64,000 bases of DNA, taken from positions 1,540,201-1,604,200 of the forward strand of contig NC_092670.1 of NCBI RefSeq assembly GCF_964355755.1. Reading direction: 5' to 3'. The position numbers and the translations under genes are program-made. This document shows, in pieces, positions 1 to 12,101 of the stretch. The notes below the pieces were generated by a model. It made no database searches. It was not told the origin of the DNA and was given only the letters and a program-made list of their open reading frames with translations. This stretch comes from Antedon mediterranea (Eukaryota; Animalia; Echinodermata). Every line of letters starts with the position of its first letter. The first letter of the stretch is position 1.

Positions 1-1193
1 TTTCCCCAGATTATTTTTTCGAGGATCTTTCTTCAAAATAAAAATGTTAAAAATAACACAAAAAAGGAAATTGATAAGGTAGCAATCCAAAGATATTGCC
101 AAATTGCGCGCGTGACCTAAATCAAGGAATTGTGGTAATGAAGGCGATCAACAAGTTTTTTTGTTGCATACCAAGGTGTTGGTAGGTGAGTCGCGGGGAA
201 TTCCTTGTATTCAATAAGATTAATTACGGTTCAACAAAGCCACCGGTTAGTTTACCTGTGGAATGTCACCATCAACCAACCGAATTGGTTCGCTTGATTG
301 AATCACAATAGCCGTGACTGCCGACTGCTGACACAAATAGTGACAGTTTGTACCATGTACAACGCAATTATACGTACATGGGATGGAACTACAACAAAAC
401 CAACCCAAATCCCATTCATGGAAAATTCGTGGTGGGGTGGTCTATATTTTCCATTTTCTTGTCTTTTAAAATTGTTAAGTTAAGTTTATACTGTTTTTAG
501 TTTTGTGATGCGTTTTACGTTGGCTGAACTACCAGGAGGTGTGTTGCGATCTATTTCTTCATGGTGTGGACACTGTGTGTAAAAACAAATCCATAAGGTC
601 AATTTTACTGTATATAAACAAAATGATTAGCCTTATATGTACACGTATGGTAATCGTAAACAACGTAGAAAGTACTTGTTATGTAGCCTATATCCAACGG
701 ACAATGAATCGTTGAAATAGAACTTGTGAATTGCTCTATATTGTAGGCTATATATCTGTCCAGTATCACAACGAATTCCGTATGCAGTGTCACATTATTA
801 TGAATGACCTTATGCCATGTTATAAGCATCATACGGTACATGTGATACTGTATTACAGAATGTGCCTATGATACTGTACACATTATTGATACAGTACCGA
901 AAATCAATGCACATGGCGATTAATATTAAACCTAGTAAAGAGTGAAAAACTATTTTTTTGTTAATTAATTGTTGTATGTTTTTGTATTGTCAAATTGTAT
1001 TTTTGTAAGAGTCCATAATTAAAATCTTCGGCTGGATGGACCACTCTTGTAAAATATTGTGAAATAAATTAAAAATAAATTAAATAAATAATATAATACT
1101 TAATTAGGATTGTACTTAAGGATGTAGAGTTTGTACTGTAGGGCTCGTTCTATTGAAATGGTGCCCATAGATTTTTTCTCTCTCTAATTTCAG

Positions 1194-1413
1194 TTGAAGT
1201 CATTGGCAATGAGTTTAGAGGCATCATCATGCAAGCTCGTAACACAGCAAATGAGCCTGTTGGTACTTGGGTGACCGAATCTTCAAATTTCTTCAGGGCT
1301 ATAGGTTGTAACAATGCGGGAGATACATTAACCCACACAAGTAATGAACTAAAACAGAATTCGGAGCTGGTGTGGACGGCGGATCCAGATCAAGTTGGAA
1401 CAATACATTTTAG
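1194..1413 (+). CDS. Exon: Reeler domain core
   Basis: tttcag acceptor, gtaggc donor; FRGIIMQAR...VGTW...C...LTHTS...K...LVWTA...GTIHF fits the Reeler consensus. Confidence 0.85.
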
Positions 1414-1928
1414 GTAGGCCTAAGTAGAGGAATGTATGTTGGGTAGCGTTGTTATGCTTTTTTTATTGTAAGAGAATGAAGACAAAGTTAGCAGCCTAAT
1501 GGTAAACATTAAATATAATTAATTTTCATATAAACTTGGTTTATGGTTTATTTAACGAAATGTGCCCACCTGTTCTACCAACATTTAGTTCTTCTGAGTC
1601 GTTATAACACACATCAGATAAAATAACACGATTTGCAATTCAACAATACAATCGTAGGCTATACACACATGGGAGGTACCATTTCCTCACAGACAATAGT
1701 AAATGAAAAGATCAAGAGTACAGTTAAAATGATTTATTTAAAAATGAAAACCGTATTAATCGTGTAAAAATAGTTTCCAGCAGTAGGCCCCTATAATGTA
1801 CGCCTAAATGAAAAAGTTTGCAACAGCGAGTTTCACCTTAAATCTTCTCGAATATTCTGCTTAAGCTTAAGTAAAATGACACGAAGCTTTTGAATCACCA
1901 AAATACTATTATTTTTTTCATCTTTCAG

Positions 1929-1993
1929 TTATACAATTGTTCAAAACTTTAGCGTTTTCTGGACTAATATAGCGGGAATTGAGGTCAACCCAG
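1929..1993 (+). CDS. Exon: Reeler domain C-terminus
   Basis: tttcag/gtaagt; phase 2 join gives SYTIVQNFSVFWTNI, matching the Reeler T-V-V...FW end motif. Confidence 0.85.
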
Positions 1994-2487
1994 GTAAGTT
2001 TATAAATGTATTAAATTATTTTGATTTTAAACCCTTGGAGAATCAAATGGATGCTCGATTATTATAAAAACATACTGAGTACAGTAAAGAGGATAAACTT
2101 AAAACGCAATCATGAGTATTGTGGGTAGTAAGCTTGTTATAAGCTAGATGAAGGGCTATGTAAGCTATACACTACAATCAATATAATTACATAAGTGTAC
2201 AACATGGGCAGTGTAATGACTGGAACCAAGGTACTTCGCATTACAGCTTATTCGACACTGTGTTTGACCAAGGGAAATCTACCAACAAGACACTGAGCTC
2301 GGCTTGCCAAGATACAGTAGGAGCTTGTAAAAGTACCTTTGACTGCGCAGTGCCTGGTAAGGGGCATGTAACTGATCGTGTCGCAGCCACAGATAAACCC
2401 TTTGATCTCCGGAGCTCAGCATCCTGTTGGTGGATTTCCTTGGTTCGACATCATACGGGTTCAGTTTGACATCAGTACGTTTTTCAG

Positions 2488-2601
2488 CTTCAGGTGCATG
2501 TTCATCAAACCCCTGTAGTAATGGAGGGTCATGTACGGCTGTGTCATCTGGCTTTAGTTGTTCCTGTCAATCAGGCTTCACTGGATCAACATGCCAATTA
2601 G
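2488..2601 (+). CDS. EGF exon (1 module)
   Basis: AG/GT, 114 bp, phase 1-1; [14 protein letters not shown]. Confidence 0.88.
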   Translation, partial: LQVHVHQTPVVMEGHVRLCHLALVVPVNQASLDQHAN

Positions 2602-3382
2602 GTAACAATAATATTTTCTTTTATACACTTTTCTATTGAAATTTATGTTAGTTTTGAATTGTGAATACGAACAATCTGTGTGATTACCTTCCTCTCCAGG
2701 GTAGGCTAGTCTAAAATATGTGTATCATACCACTAAAAACATCACCACGATAAGTTCCACGTTACTTTAGACGTTTTCGATCTTACCATGTACCATTGGT
2801 GGTAGTCCTACTTTATGGTAAGATCTTGTTAAGAGTCTAATGAATAGCCTAGATGACGACGACAATAAATCAAATACATTTTTGGACATACAGAAATCTT
2901 TTAGCAACTTAATAATGTCAATAACAAAGATATTTTTCATTCAGATTTGGTATGTCAGAAATCATTTCCATATCAAAATAATAAAATGGGGAAAAAACCT
3001 GAAATGTTTAAATGTATAAAATATTGTTTTACAAACGATATTCTTTTATACTACTTAGGTCACTGCATAAAATGCATCATTAGCTATTAATAGGCTCTTT
3101 TATATTAAACATATCTTTCAAAATAAGCAATGTGGTTAAACACTGGAGAAACACTGAAGTGTATCCGGAACACTAGTGAAATTTATATCGAATAGAAACT
3201 TACAATAATATTTTAATAATATTTACATTATTTTGACTACAATAAATAATCTAATGTTAGGCAAATGGTAACATTCTGAGACAAATAAGAGAATAAGGAT
3301 AATGTCTTTCACCTCTGGTGTGTCTTCGGTAGTCCTCTGAGTTTGAAGAATAGATTAACTTGTTCACATCAAACAAAATACC

Positions 3383-3474
3383 TGTGACAAAAAAATGAGA
3401 TGTGCCCATATATGGACATGATGATGTCATATCACTACCATATTTGGGAATATCACTACCATATTTAGGTACAC
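3383..3474. mobile_element. Internal fragment of the MITE family also at 8616 and 14536
   Basis: Shares gatgtgcccatatatggacatgatgatgtcatatcactaccatatt with the 14536 copy; TIRs missing. Confidence 0.7.
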
Positions 3475-3519
3475 AAAAAGCTGTGTAACCTGTATCTTCA
3501 AATTTAGCTTTAAAATTAA

Positions 3520-3554
3520 ATAGTCTGCCACTCTCAGTGAGAGTGGCAGACTAT
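3520..3554. repeat. Perfect palindrome, 17-bp arms, 1-nt loop
   Basis: atagtctgccactctca-g-tgagagtggcagactat. Confidence 0.9.
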
Positions 3555-3606
3555 ACTCACTCTATGTTTTTGAGAACTTAATTTATTTCATATTTTACAA
3601 CTTCAG

Positions 3607-3738
3607 CTGTAAATACTGTATCACCACAGACAGCGTGTACATCAGCACCTTGTCTTAACCAAGGTAGCTGTTTTAATCAGGGTTCCTCGTATTTCTGCAT
3701 TTGTTTGTCAGGATATACAGGCCAGAATTGTGAATCAG
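3607..3738 (+). CDS. EGF exon (1 module)
   Basis: AG/GT, phase 1-1; TACTSAPCLNQGSC; a later acceptor is possible. Confidence 0.82.
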
Positions 3739-3875
3739 GTAAGGTACCAGGAACGTTATTTCACAGTTTAAGGATGATATAAATAAACATGCGCGCTCAT
3801 TCAACCACAAGAGGTAATGCTTTAGAATCTTTCATTGGTATTGGTTACATTATCACAATTGTTTTGTGTTTTCAG

Positions 3876-3986
3876 CAACATCATGTACTTCGTCTTCGTG
3901 TCAAAATGGAGGAGTGTGCAACACAAATTCCCAATCGAATACTTGCTTTTGTTTTAACGGGTTTTCTGGAGATTTCTGTGAAATAT
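3876..3986 (+). CDS. EGF exon (1 module)
   Basis: AG/GT, phase 1-1; TSCTSSSCQNGGVC. Confidence 0.87.
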
Positions 3987-4267
3987 GTAAGAATTAAACT
4001 TTTTTGGGGGATATAAGTAAAAAGGTGCACATATAGCTGTCTGATGTAAAGGTATTTATTTATTTATTTTTTCCACAATAGAGTCTAAAAGTGCACTTTA
4101 GCAAAAAGGGTTCGAACCCTTGAAAAATAAAGATTATTCGACCTTTCTACATTTTTTTTTCTTCCTAATTTTACTTTATTCTAGTTCTCGAAATGTCCCA
4201 TTTAATCAATGGGACAAACAATAGAGTTTTTAGAACTATAAGTTTGCTCTAGTGAGTTGAACAGTTG

Positions 4268-4365
4268 AACAGTATTAGTACTGTATGGCACTCCACAGTA
4301 AACAGTATTAGTACTGTATGGCACTCCACAGTAAACAGTATTAGTACTGTATGGCACTCCATAGT
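4268..4365. repeat. 33-bp tandem repeat, ~3 copies
   Basis: aacagtattagtactgtatggcactccacagta repeated. Confidence 0.9.
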
Positions 4366-4841
4366 AACTCAATGAAGGTACTATTATATTATACACAGAA
4401 TGGGTTCTAATAATGCGTTACGGGAATTTTTTATATTCCTTGGAACTATACTGCAAGTATGATGTAAGATGTGAAGTGCTTCCCTTTATGAATATTGAAG
4501 AAACTTTGTGCATTGCTTTATAAAACAAATTCATTCTAGCGATAATTACTAAAAAAACTAATTGTATTGTTAAAACTGTATCATAGATTGTTTGTTAGTT
4601 TTTTTTGTTTTCCACACATTAAAAAAAATAAATTACGAATAAGATAGACACATAGCTTAAAAATTAGGCCTAAACATAAAAACATCACAAATGTGCAGAT
4701 GGAGGTCAAAATAAGTTGAGGTAAAATTATTTAAATTTATTCTAATTTATTCTGATTATTATTAATATTCTTTTCCCACTTGAATCATCCAGTGTGTTCC
4801 TCCATTCAGCACTTGATTCCATTGTTATTTTAATATTTTAG

Positions 4842-4961
4842 GGCCGACAGTATGTACGAGTACTTTGTGTTCAAATGGGGGATCATGCTTACTTCCTTTT
4901 AATGGCGGCTCAGTCTTCTGTTTATGTCAACCAGGGTTTACAGGCACAATGTGTGAGACAG
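4842..4961 (+). CDS. EGF exon (1 module)
   Basis: AG/GT, phase 1-1; TVCTSTLCSNGGSC. Confidence 0.87.
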
Positions 4962-5443
4962 GTATGTATGGCAGTGTATTCTCATGTCCCATTCTACACA
5001 ATTGGAAAAGGAAGTATGTTATTTTGGCAAGCTCGAACAATCAGAAATTTCGCGCCAAAATGATGATTCGCCAGTTCGTGTGACGATTTTAAAAATGGAT
5101 GAGATCAGAATAAAAAATATAATGATTCTATTTGGATAAGAACTTACCACTGGAGGTCTATTTTACACATCAGGCTTGTGTGCAAAGTGGGGGTCGAGTG
5201 CGGCTGCGTCAGTCCGCAGTCGACTCCTGATCAGAATTTCCTCAATTTGAGAATGCATACAAAAATGAAAAATACAATTTCATCCTAGAATTATAGTTTA
5301 CTGCTTTGAGTTTGGTTGGATACAGTGTATGTTCCTAATGTTATTTCATAGTTGCTTTTTTTCGTTCATCATATAGTAACCACATGACTTGACGACTTAT
5401 AATTCTTAGTGTACACTAATTTTTAGTAATGTATATTTTTAAG

Positions 5444-5566
5444 GCCCAGTATGTATGGATACGTTATGCCAGAATGGAGGTACTTGTGTTATTAGAGCTG
5501 ATTCTACAGGTGTTAACTGTAACTGTTCCCCAGGTTTTACGGGTACATTGTGTGAGTTTATAAGTG
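5444..5566 (+). CDS. EGF exon (1 module)
   Basis: AG/GT, phase 1-1; PVCMDTLCQNGGTC. Confidence 0.85.
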
Positions 5567-5767
5567 GTAAGTAAAAAGTTGAAAAAGATTGGATTTTTAG
5601 TTTTGTGTATCGTTGTATATAGTAGATCGGTTAGTAGAATGCTTTAATGCTACAATGCATAGCTATAAGCCTTAATTTACATAATCTACATAAATTAACA
5701 ATTTTTAACAGATATCATGACTAAAAGAACTCAATTTCAGTAATTTATATATTTGATTATTTTTTAG

Positions 5768-5884
5768 GACAAATATGTACCTCTACAACATGCCAGAATG
5801 GGGGTACTTGTACTGTTACAGCTGATTTTACTTTTATCTGTACCTGTTTGTCAGATTTTGTGGGGACAATGTGTGAGATAAATG
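5768..5884 (+). CDS. EGF exon (1 module)
   Basis: AG/GT, phase 1-1; QICTSTTCQNGGTC. Confidence 0.87.
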
Positions 5885-5919
5885 GTAAGTGAAAAGTTAG
5901 AAAACATCGGATTGGTTAA

Positions 5920-5983
5920 ATACTGTTCTACGACATTCACTAAAATCAAATTTCCTATTTTAGTGAGTGTCGTAGAACAGTAT
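5920..5983. mobile_element. Minimal hairpin MITE (PIF/Harbinger-like)
   Basis: 27-bp inverted arms atactgttctacgacattcactaaaat / attttagtgagtgtcgtagaacagtat (1 mismatch), TAA on both sides. Confidence 0.6.
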
Positions 5984-6194
5984 TAAACCCTATTTTAATG
6001 TTTTCGACCGACATGTATAAATCTCTTCATTACCGGATTGGTAGTTTTGTAATTCGTTGTATGGGGTATATTATATATTAGAATATTAGAGTTTGTTTTT
6101 AGTTCGTGTTGTGTCCGTTGGATATTGTGCTCCGCCAACAGAGCAAAACAGAATTTCTATGTTTTTTCTTTTAAAAAAACGACAATAAATGATA

Positions 6195-6271
6195 CTTGAC
6201 TGACTTGACTTGACTGACTTGACTTGACTGACTTGACTTGACTGACTTGACTTGACGGACTTGACTTGACT
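6195..6271. repeat. Compound GACT/GACTT microsatellite (14-bp period)
   Basis: tgactgacttgact repeated. Confidence 0.9.
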
Positions 6272-6517
6272 AGTAGAATGCTGTAATGTTACAATGGAAA
6301 GAATTTCAGGTATAATATTTTGGCTATGTGATTCAACTAATATCATAATACCTATTACAAAAAACAATCATATAAGAAATAACAAAAAGAAACAATAAAT
6401 CGATAATTATTGGAATAATTCTCAAAAGAAATAGCCTTGAAGATACACTTCTTATCAACCATACTATAATGTATTATTTTGTGTTTTCTTTTTCACATCT
6501 CTTTTTCACATCTCTAG

Positions 6518-6634
6518 TCCTAGCATGCGGATCTAATCCTTGTCAAAATGGCGCCACCTGTTTCGATGGCAATGAAAGTGGAGATTACTTTTGCCAGTGC
6601 ACTAATAATTATAGTGGTACAAACTGTGAAAACT
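6518..6634 (+). CDS. EGF exon (1 module)
   Basis: AG/GT, phase 1-1; [14 protein letters not shown]. Confidence 0.87.
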
Positions 6635-6825
6635 GTGGGTATTGTTTTGAGTTTTAAATGCTTATAAATAATTCAATTATTAATATTATTTCTCATACAT
6701 GAGATCCTTTATTTGACCACCATTAATTTTCTAAGTGACCATACATTTGAGAAGCTTCACCGTTAGAACGGTGGCATAAAATTTTAAAAAAGCAAAATAA
6801 TTATTTTTAAATATTTTTCTTTCAG

Positions 6826-6945
6826 TCATTTCGCCATGCTCTTCCAACCCGTGTAGTGTCTATACAACAAGCTGTACTGTGACGTCAACCACCAATGGAT
6901 ATTTCTGTAATTGCTTGCCTGGTTATTTTGGAAATAACTGTGAAG
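6826..6945 (+). CDS. EGF exon (1 module)
   Basis: AG/GT, phase 1-1; SPCSSNPCSVYTTSC. Confidence 0.87.
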
Positions 6946-7528
6946 GTATGTTTGATATATCTACATTTGTATTGTTACTTTGAATGTTATTTTAAACTTT
7001 GTATTACGCTATTATTGATTTGCAATTGTTAATATTGTATTTTTGTAAGAGTTTATCTGGTTAAGGATGTTTCATCATACCACAAAGACTATCACAAATA
7101 GTTGCTATCCAATGGCCTTAACACGTGTAGAAGCTTCGTGTAGAAGCTTCAAGTAGAAGCCCAAGTCTGAATCCTTGTTGAAACTACCCTTTGATCTTTC
7201 TTTATTGTGCAGAACCTCATTTGAGTATAGTCACACTCCGGTTGGTCACAGTTATGCAGCTGGGCTTCCTAATTTTCCTAAATGTCATGTTCTTTTGAAC
7301 ACACATTCGTTAATTATTATTATTACATTACATTATATTTAAAAAAAAATAATCTATGTATGAACAGTTTACAGATAAATAAGCTGGGCTTCCTATGTTT
7401 TTTTTTATACATTTTGTGTTCCACACGTTTGATATTATTATTAATAATGTTTCTGTAATTATAATGTTATGCTTTTGAACATTTCTTATGTTATTTGCAT
7501 CGATAAACTTATTGCTATTGTTCATTAG

Positions 7529-7648
7529 CTAATGCTTGTTCAACTTCCCCATGTCTAAATAACGGAAGATGCTTCTTCAACGGTGAAGGTGGCAGCGACT
7601 ACATTTGCGAATGTGATTATGCTTTTACTGGCTCGCTTTGTCAAATAG
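7529..7648 (+). CDS. EGF exon (1 module)
   Basis: AG/GT, phase 1-1; NACSTSPCLNNGRC. Confidence 0.87.
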
Positions 7649-8096
7649 GTTAGTTTGAACATTTTGTTCCATGAATTTGAATTTGCTTTATCATTTGCTT
7701 CGTTCATTACTGCCCATGTCGACGGGTTTTTAGGTTATTATTAAGTTCAAATATATCCAGCTGTTGCAAACTTCTGAGTCTCTGTTTTCAATTCAGTTCC
7801 GTATTGCTTTATATATACTGCCAACATTCGTAATCAAAATACTAGAAAACATTCTTTTCAAGTTGCTGATTGAATATACCGCTTCCACAGTATGTGTTTT
7901 ACATTTTTTAAGTGATAGTACTGTAATTTAAATTTAAAAATTGTTTATTAGAAATTATAAACCTTTGCATATTCAAGTATCAAGTAAGTAAGTACCTTTA
8001 AAAAGTGGTACACGGGACTTGTTATTTTATATATAAAAAACAATAGCTTCGATTTGTAAAGTTGGCCATATTATATTGTTTATATTATAATCATAG

Positions 8097-8213
8097 AACT
8101 GACATGCAATGATGATCCCTGTTTAAACGGTGGAATTTGCTTCAGGGCTTCAATTGGATCAGCCTTTTTTTGCCAATGTTTATCTGGATTTACTGGTGAT
8201 ACATGTGAACAAT
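8097..8213 (+). CDS. EGF exon (1 module)
   Basis: AG/GT, phase 1-1; LTCNDDPCLNGGIC. Confidence 0.87.
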
Positions 8214-8615
8214 GTAAGTTTGCAACATTTTGTTAAAATATGTTTTTTATAAATATTTTTTAAAAGTTTATTTTAGTTTATTATCTGCTTTGATGACATT
8301 TTAACTCCTCTAGGTTCACTGATTTATTAAAACATTTTTTTCCAATCAAATATCAACTTACACTGTGCAAATAAACGTTATACTTTCCTACTTGTTTTCT
8401 TGAGATTATTGGCTCAGTGGGAGTGTGTTTTATTGTCTGTACAAATGTTTTTTTAAGACAGTATTGTATTTCAAAGTCATCACCATTTTGAGCAATTATG
8501 TCAACAATATTTATTTTGTAAACAGTCATCATCATCTCTTTTGTGTGTTGCTGATGTAGGTTTCCTTCTAATTTGAATGGTCTTCCATTTTAAACCCTTC
8601 GATTGAACAATAAAA

Positions 8616-8754
8616 AACTCTGTCTACACTATCAAACTAGTTTAACAAAAACGTGTGATGTTCCCAAATATGGTAGTGATATGACGTCATCGTTTCCATA
8701 TATGGGCACATCAAGTATTTTTGTCGTATAAAGTTTTACAGTGTTTACAGAGCC
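8616..8754. mobile_element. MITE copy, inverted relative to the 14536 copy
   Basis: ctctgtctacactatcaaactag end and reverse-complemented internal motif; right TIR degenerate. Confidence 0.7.
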
Positions 8755-9006
8755 TAAGGGCCCTCTCAACTTAAATGAAACGCAGCAATTAATTGAACTC
8801 TCAAAAGAACTCCACGTAAGATCCTAACTCAAGACTATGCTTTGTTATGTATTTTGATATTATTATGTTTTTTTATTTTTTTTTGTAAACCAATGAATAT
8901 GAAGAACCTCCAATTAAGAACAAATAAAATAAATTAAAGAACCATAACATTTTTGCCCACACCAAATTCATTTTCTCTACACTAAATTCATGTTGTTATA
9001 TTATAG

Positions 9007-9123
9007 TTGAGAACATTGCTTGTAATAGTTCCCCTTGTTTGAATGGTGGGACGTGTGCGGTACTCGGGACTGGTTTTGCTTGTTTGTGTCCGTCACAATT
9101 TGCAGGAACTCGTTGTGAAAGCA
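9007..9123 (+). CDS. EGF exon (1 module)
   Basis: AG/GT, phase 1-1; [14 protein letters not shown]. Confidence 0.87.
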
Positions 9124-9679
9124 GTAAGAAACTATTCTATTATTATTTGTATTTTGTACTCTATATGTATTTTTTTAAACTTAAAAAATTATTCTTCAAT
9201 ACATTTTTTTCTTTACCATGTTGAGGATCACACACAATTGTCGAAATGTTTTATCTTAAAATGTTCCATCTGACACTGGATTAATTTTTAACTGTTTTCC
9301 TGGATATAAACGTCTAAATGTTTTACAGTCCAGTCTGTGTAATTGATCAAACTTCTTGTAATCTTCGCCAACCTGAGCAAGGTAGATTTGATAACAAAAC
9401 AAGTAAAAATGTTTGGGTACATGTTTGTTATATTCATAAAATTAAAAGATTTAAATTAAATTGACAATTGTATTGTATGTTTATTTGCTAAATGTATTTC
9501 ATTTTACAAAACTTTTTGTTAAATAAAATGTTTTATCAATGTAATGTAAAAACAATATTTGTTTTTTAAATATATTTTCAATTCATTTAATATATTTTAA
9601 ATTATATTATATGCAGATCTATTCTGCGTATTTAGTATGATAATTAGCAATCATTTTTATATGCATTCATTTTAATAAG

Positions 9680-9796
9680 ATGCAAAAGATGTATGCGAGG
9701 TACACCTGTGTCAAAACGGAGCTACCTGCGTTGATCGCGGGTTTTTCTACCAGTGTTTATGTTCACCCGAATTCTTTGGAGACAGTTGCGAACAAG
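9680..9796 (+). CDS. EGF exon (1 module)
   Basis: AG/GT, phase 1-1; DVCEVHLCQNGATC; acceptor could be 9 nt further on. Confidence 0.8.
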
Positions 9797-10171
9797 GTCT
9801 GCAAATGAACGCTTCTAATAATGCAACATTTGATTTATTCATAAATATTATATGTAGTGTAGCTTTGTATTAATAATTAACATACATGAGGTCAATTTGT
9901 TACAGTATAGTTATTCATAATTACCGTATGAATTTGTATTAACATACAGGTGATTGTGTTGTTTCAGTATGGCTAAAAACCTAAAAATGTTTATACATAT
10001 TTTATTAGCATACATATACCATAACCTACTAATGCTTCAGAAGTTGTAATTTGCATAGGCATAAGCAGTAACACTAAACAAGATTAAATATATTATTTTC
10101 AAATAACCAATATAGATATTCATGATAAACTATATATACCAAATAAGCAACTACATTGTAGTATTACAGTA

Positions 10172-10842
10172 CAGCAGAAGCCCTCCGTTGGGACACCCAT
10201 ATTCGGGGAGTGACCCTATCAATTAACTTTCCAGTAAAAGTAATGAGGGAAATATGTTTTAACACTACGACCAATCTCGAGCCATAGGACACTTTCCCAA
10301 CCATAGGGTACTTTCCCAGCCATAGGACACTTTCCCAGCCATATGACACTTTCCCAGCCATATGACACTTTCCCAGCCATAGGACACTTTCCCAGCCACA
10401 GGACACTTTCCCACCAGCCACAGGACACTTTCCCTGCCATAGGACACTTTCCCAGCCACAGGACACTTTCCCAATCATAGGACACTTTCCCAGCCATAGG
10501 ACACTTTCTCAGCCACAGGACACTTTCCCAACCATAGGACACTTTCCCAGCCATAGGACACTTTCTCAGCCACAGGACACTTTCCCAGCCATAGGACACT
10601 TTCCCAGCCATAGGACACTTTCTCAGCCACAGGACACTTTCCCAGTCACAGGACACTTTCCCAACCATAGGACACTTTCCCAGCCACAGGACACTTTCCC
10701 AGCCATAGGACACTTTCCCAGCCACAGGACATTTTCCCAGCCACTTTTCGAGCATAGGACACTTTAAATACAGCCAACCTCTATTCCTGGAACATCTAAT
10801 TAAGAAGACACTTGGGTCTTTTCCCTTAATAAGGTTATACTG
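10172..10842. mobile_element. Possible Tc1/mariner(pogo)-type non-autonomous element containing a minisatellite
   Basis: TA-CAG...CTG-TA ends with degenerate inverted similarity; ggacac motif in both the ends and the internal array. Confidence 0.4.
10281..10765. repeat. 20-bp minisatellite, ~24 copies
   Basis: gccataggacactttcccca-type unit (ca[t/c]aggacactttcccagc) repeated. Confidence 0.95.
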
Positions 10843-11476
10843 TAATTGGCTATTTATTGCTTCTGTTTGATTAGAATAGACTGTAGAAGTGCTATTAGAA
10901 TAGACTGTAGAAGTGCTATTTTGTATTTAGCTTAAATGCAAGGCCTGTATAGTAGTGCATAAGTTGAATATTATTATTATTATGGCGAAAACAGTGTTAG
11001 TACTGCTGCTGCTGACGGATAAGAATTTCCCTTGTTCCCCGGTTACAGCATGGAGGAAATTGCTCCATGGTTACAGTAGCACACTAGTACCATAGAACTT
11101 AGCCTTAATGTAAGAAACAATGCTGTTTGTTACATTACATTATATGCATAATATAATATATTCTACTCTAACAATAATTACAGACATATCAGTAGGCCCT
11201 ATTATATTACTGGGTCTAAACTCCTAATACATTACGAGTTTTTCTGAAAATTCTGGCATCCCAAATGTTTTTGTTTAATGTTAAAAAGAAATTTGAGAGC
11301 TTTTGGACATTTCATGAACATTCGGGTGTTGGGGCAGTTTTCAGTTTTCAGAGAGTCCGGTAGGAGAGATGACAATGAAAGAACATTTATTTGTTGTATT
11401 CATTCATCCTACATATATATATATAACATATTTTGAAACGATAAAGATGAGGAAATCTGTGAGAATGAGAAAAATT

Positions 11477-11548
11477 CGCCCCAACCGAGACTCGAACTCG
11501 GACCGCCTGCTTGATATGCAGATGTCCTAACCATTAGACCACTGGGGC
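11477..11548 (-). tRNA. tRNA-Asp(ATC)-like gene or tRNA-derived repeat head, intronic and antisense
   Basis: 72 nt GCCCCAG-TG-GTCT-AATGGTTA-GGAC-A-TCTGC-ATATCAA-GCAGG-CGGT-CCGAG-TTCGAGT-CTCGG-TTGGGGC-G; all four stems pair, A and B boxes present, T5 two nt downstream. Confidence 0.75.
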
Positions 11549-11721
11549 TTTCATGGTATTGTTCGAACTCGATTGGATAACGACTCTTTAACATTCTCGG
11601 CGTGGTACGGCGGAACAGCACTAGTCCTCAGTTGTACGCACGCGCAACAGAGATCAAATTGATACGCCCTCATCTTTCAGTATTTTTATTCACGAGGCGG
11701 GATCTCCGAAGAGATACTTTT

Positions 11722-11778
11722 TATATATATAAACACCAGAGGCAAAGAAGTTCTTTGCCTCTGGTGTTTATATATATA
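11722..11778. repeat. Perfect palindrome, 28-bp arms, within TA microsatellite
   Basis: tatatatataaacaccagaggcaaagaa-g-ttctttgcctctggtgtttatatatata. Confidence 0.9.
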
Positions 11779-11990
11779 TATAACATACACATACATATAC
11801 ATACATATACATACATATATATATATAACATTTTAGTTTGACGATTTAGGTCCTATGGCCTATATCTGTTATGTTGTATCATATATTTCACAAATCAATT
11901 TCATAAAAACATTATACATACATTATTACAGATACTATAAATATAATTAGAATATTCCATGTGTACTGACATCTTGTTTTTACATATTAG

Positions 11991-12101
11991 CTGTTACGGC
12001 TTGCACTCCTAGCCCGTGTGTGAACGGAGCTTGTAGTTTGTCCGGTTCGAGTTATATATGCATTTGCTATCCGGGCTGGCGTGATACTCATTGTGATTTA
12101 C
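11991..12101 (+). CDS. EGF exon (1 module)
   Basis: AG/GT, phase 1-1; TACTPSPCVNGAC. Confidence 0.87.

Noticed and set aside
1-1193. Upstream exon, signal peptide or promoter of the gene
   Set aside because: No block with convincing splice sites and N-terminal Reeler or signal-peptide sequence was found; it probably lies before the window.
2200-2460. GC-richer intronic block with faint resemblance to a SINE core, and its 69-aa ORF
   Set aside because: No A/B boxes, TSD or second copy in the window; the similarity is too weak to call.
10164-10755. Repetitive minus-strand ORFs (GKCPMAGKVSYGWES)
   Set aside because: Translation of a 20-bp minisatellite; similar peptides appear in all three frames.
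11549-11700. Possible hammerhead ribozyme (CTGAGGA...GAAA on the minus strand) upstream of the tRNA
   Set aside because: I could not build stems I-III around the core by eye; an Infernal search would be needed.
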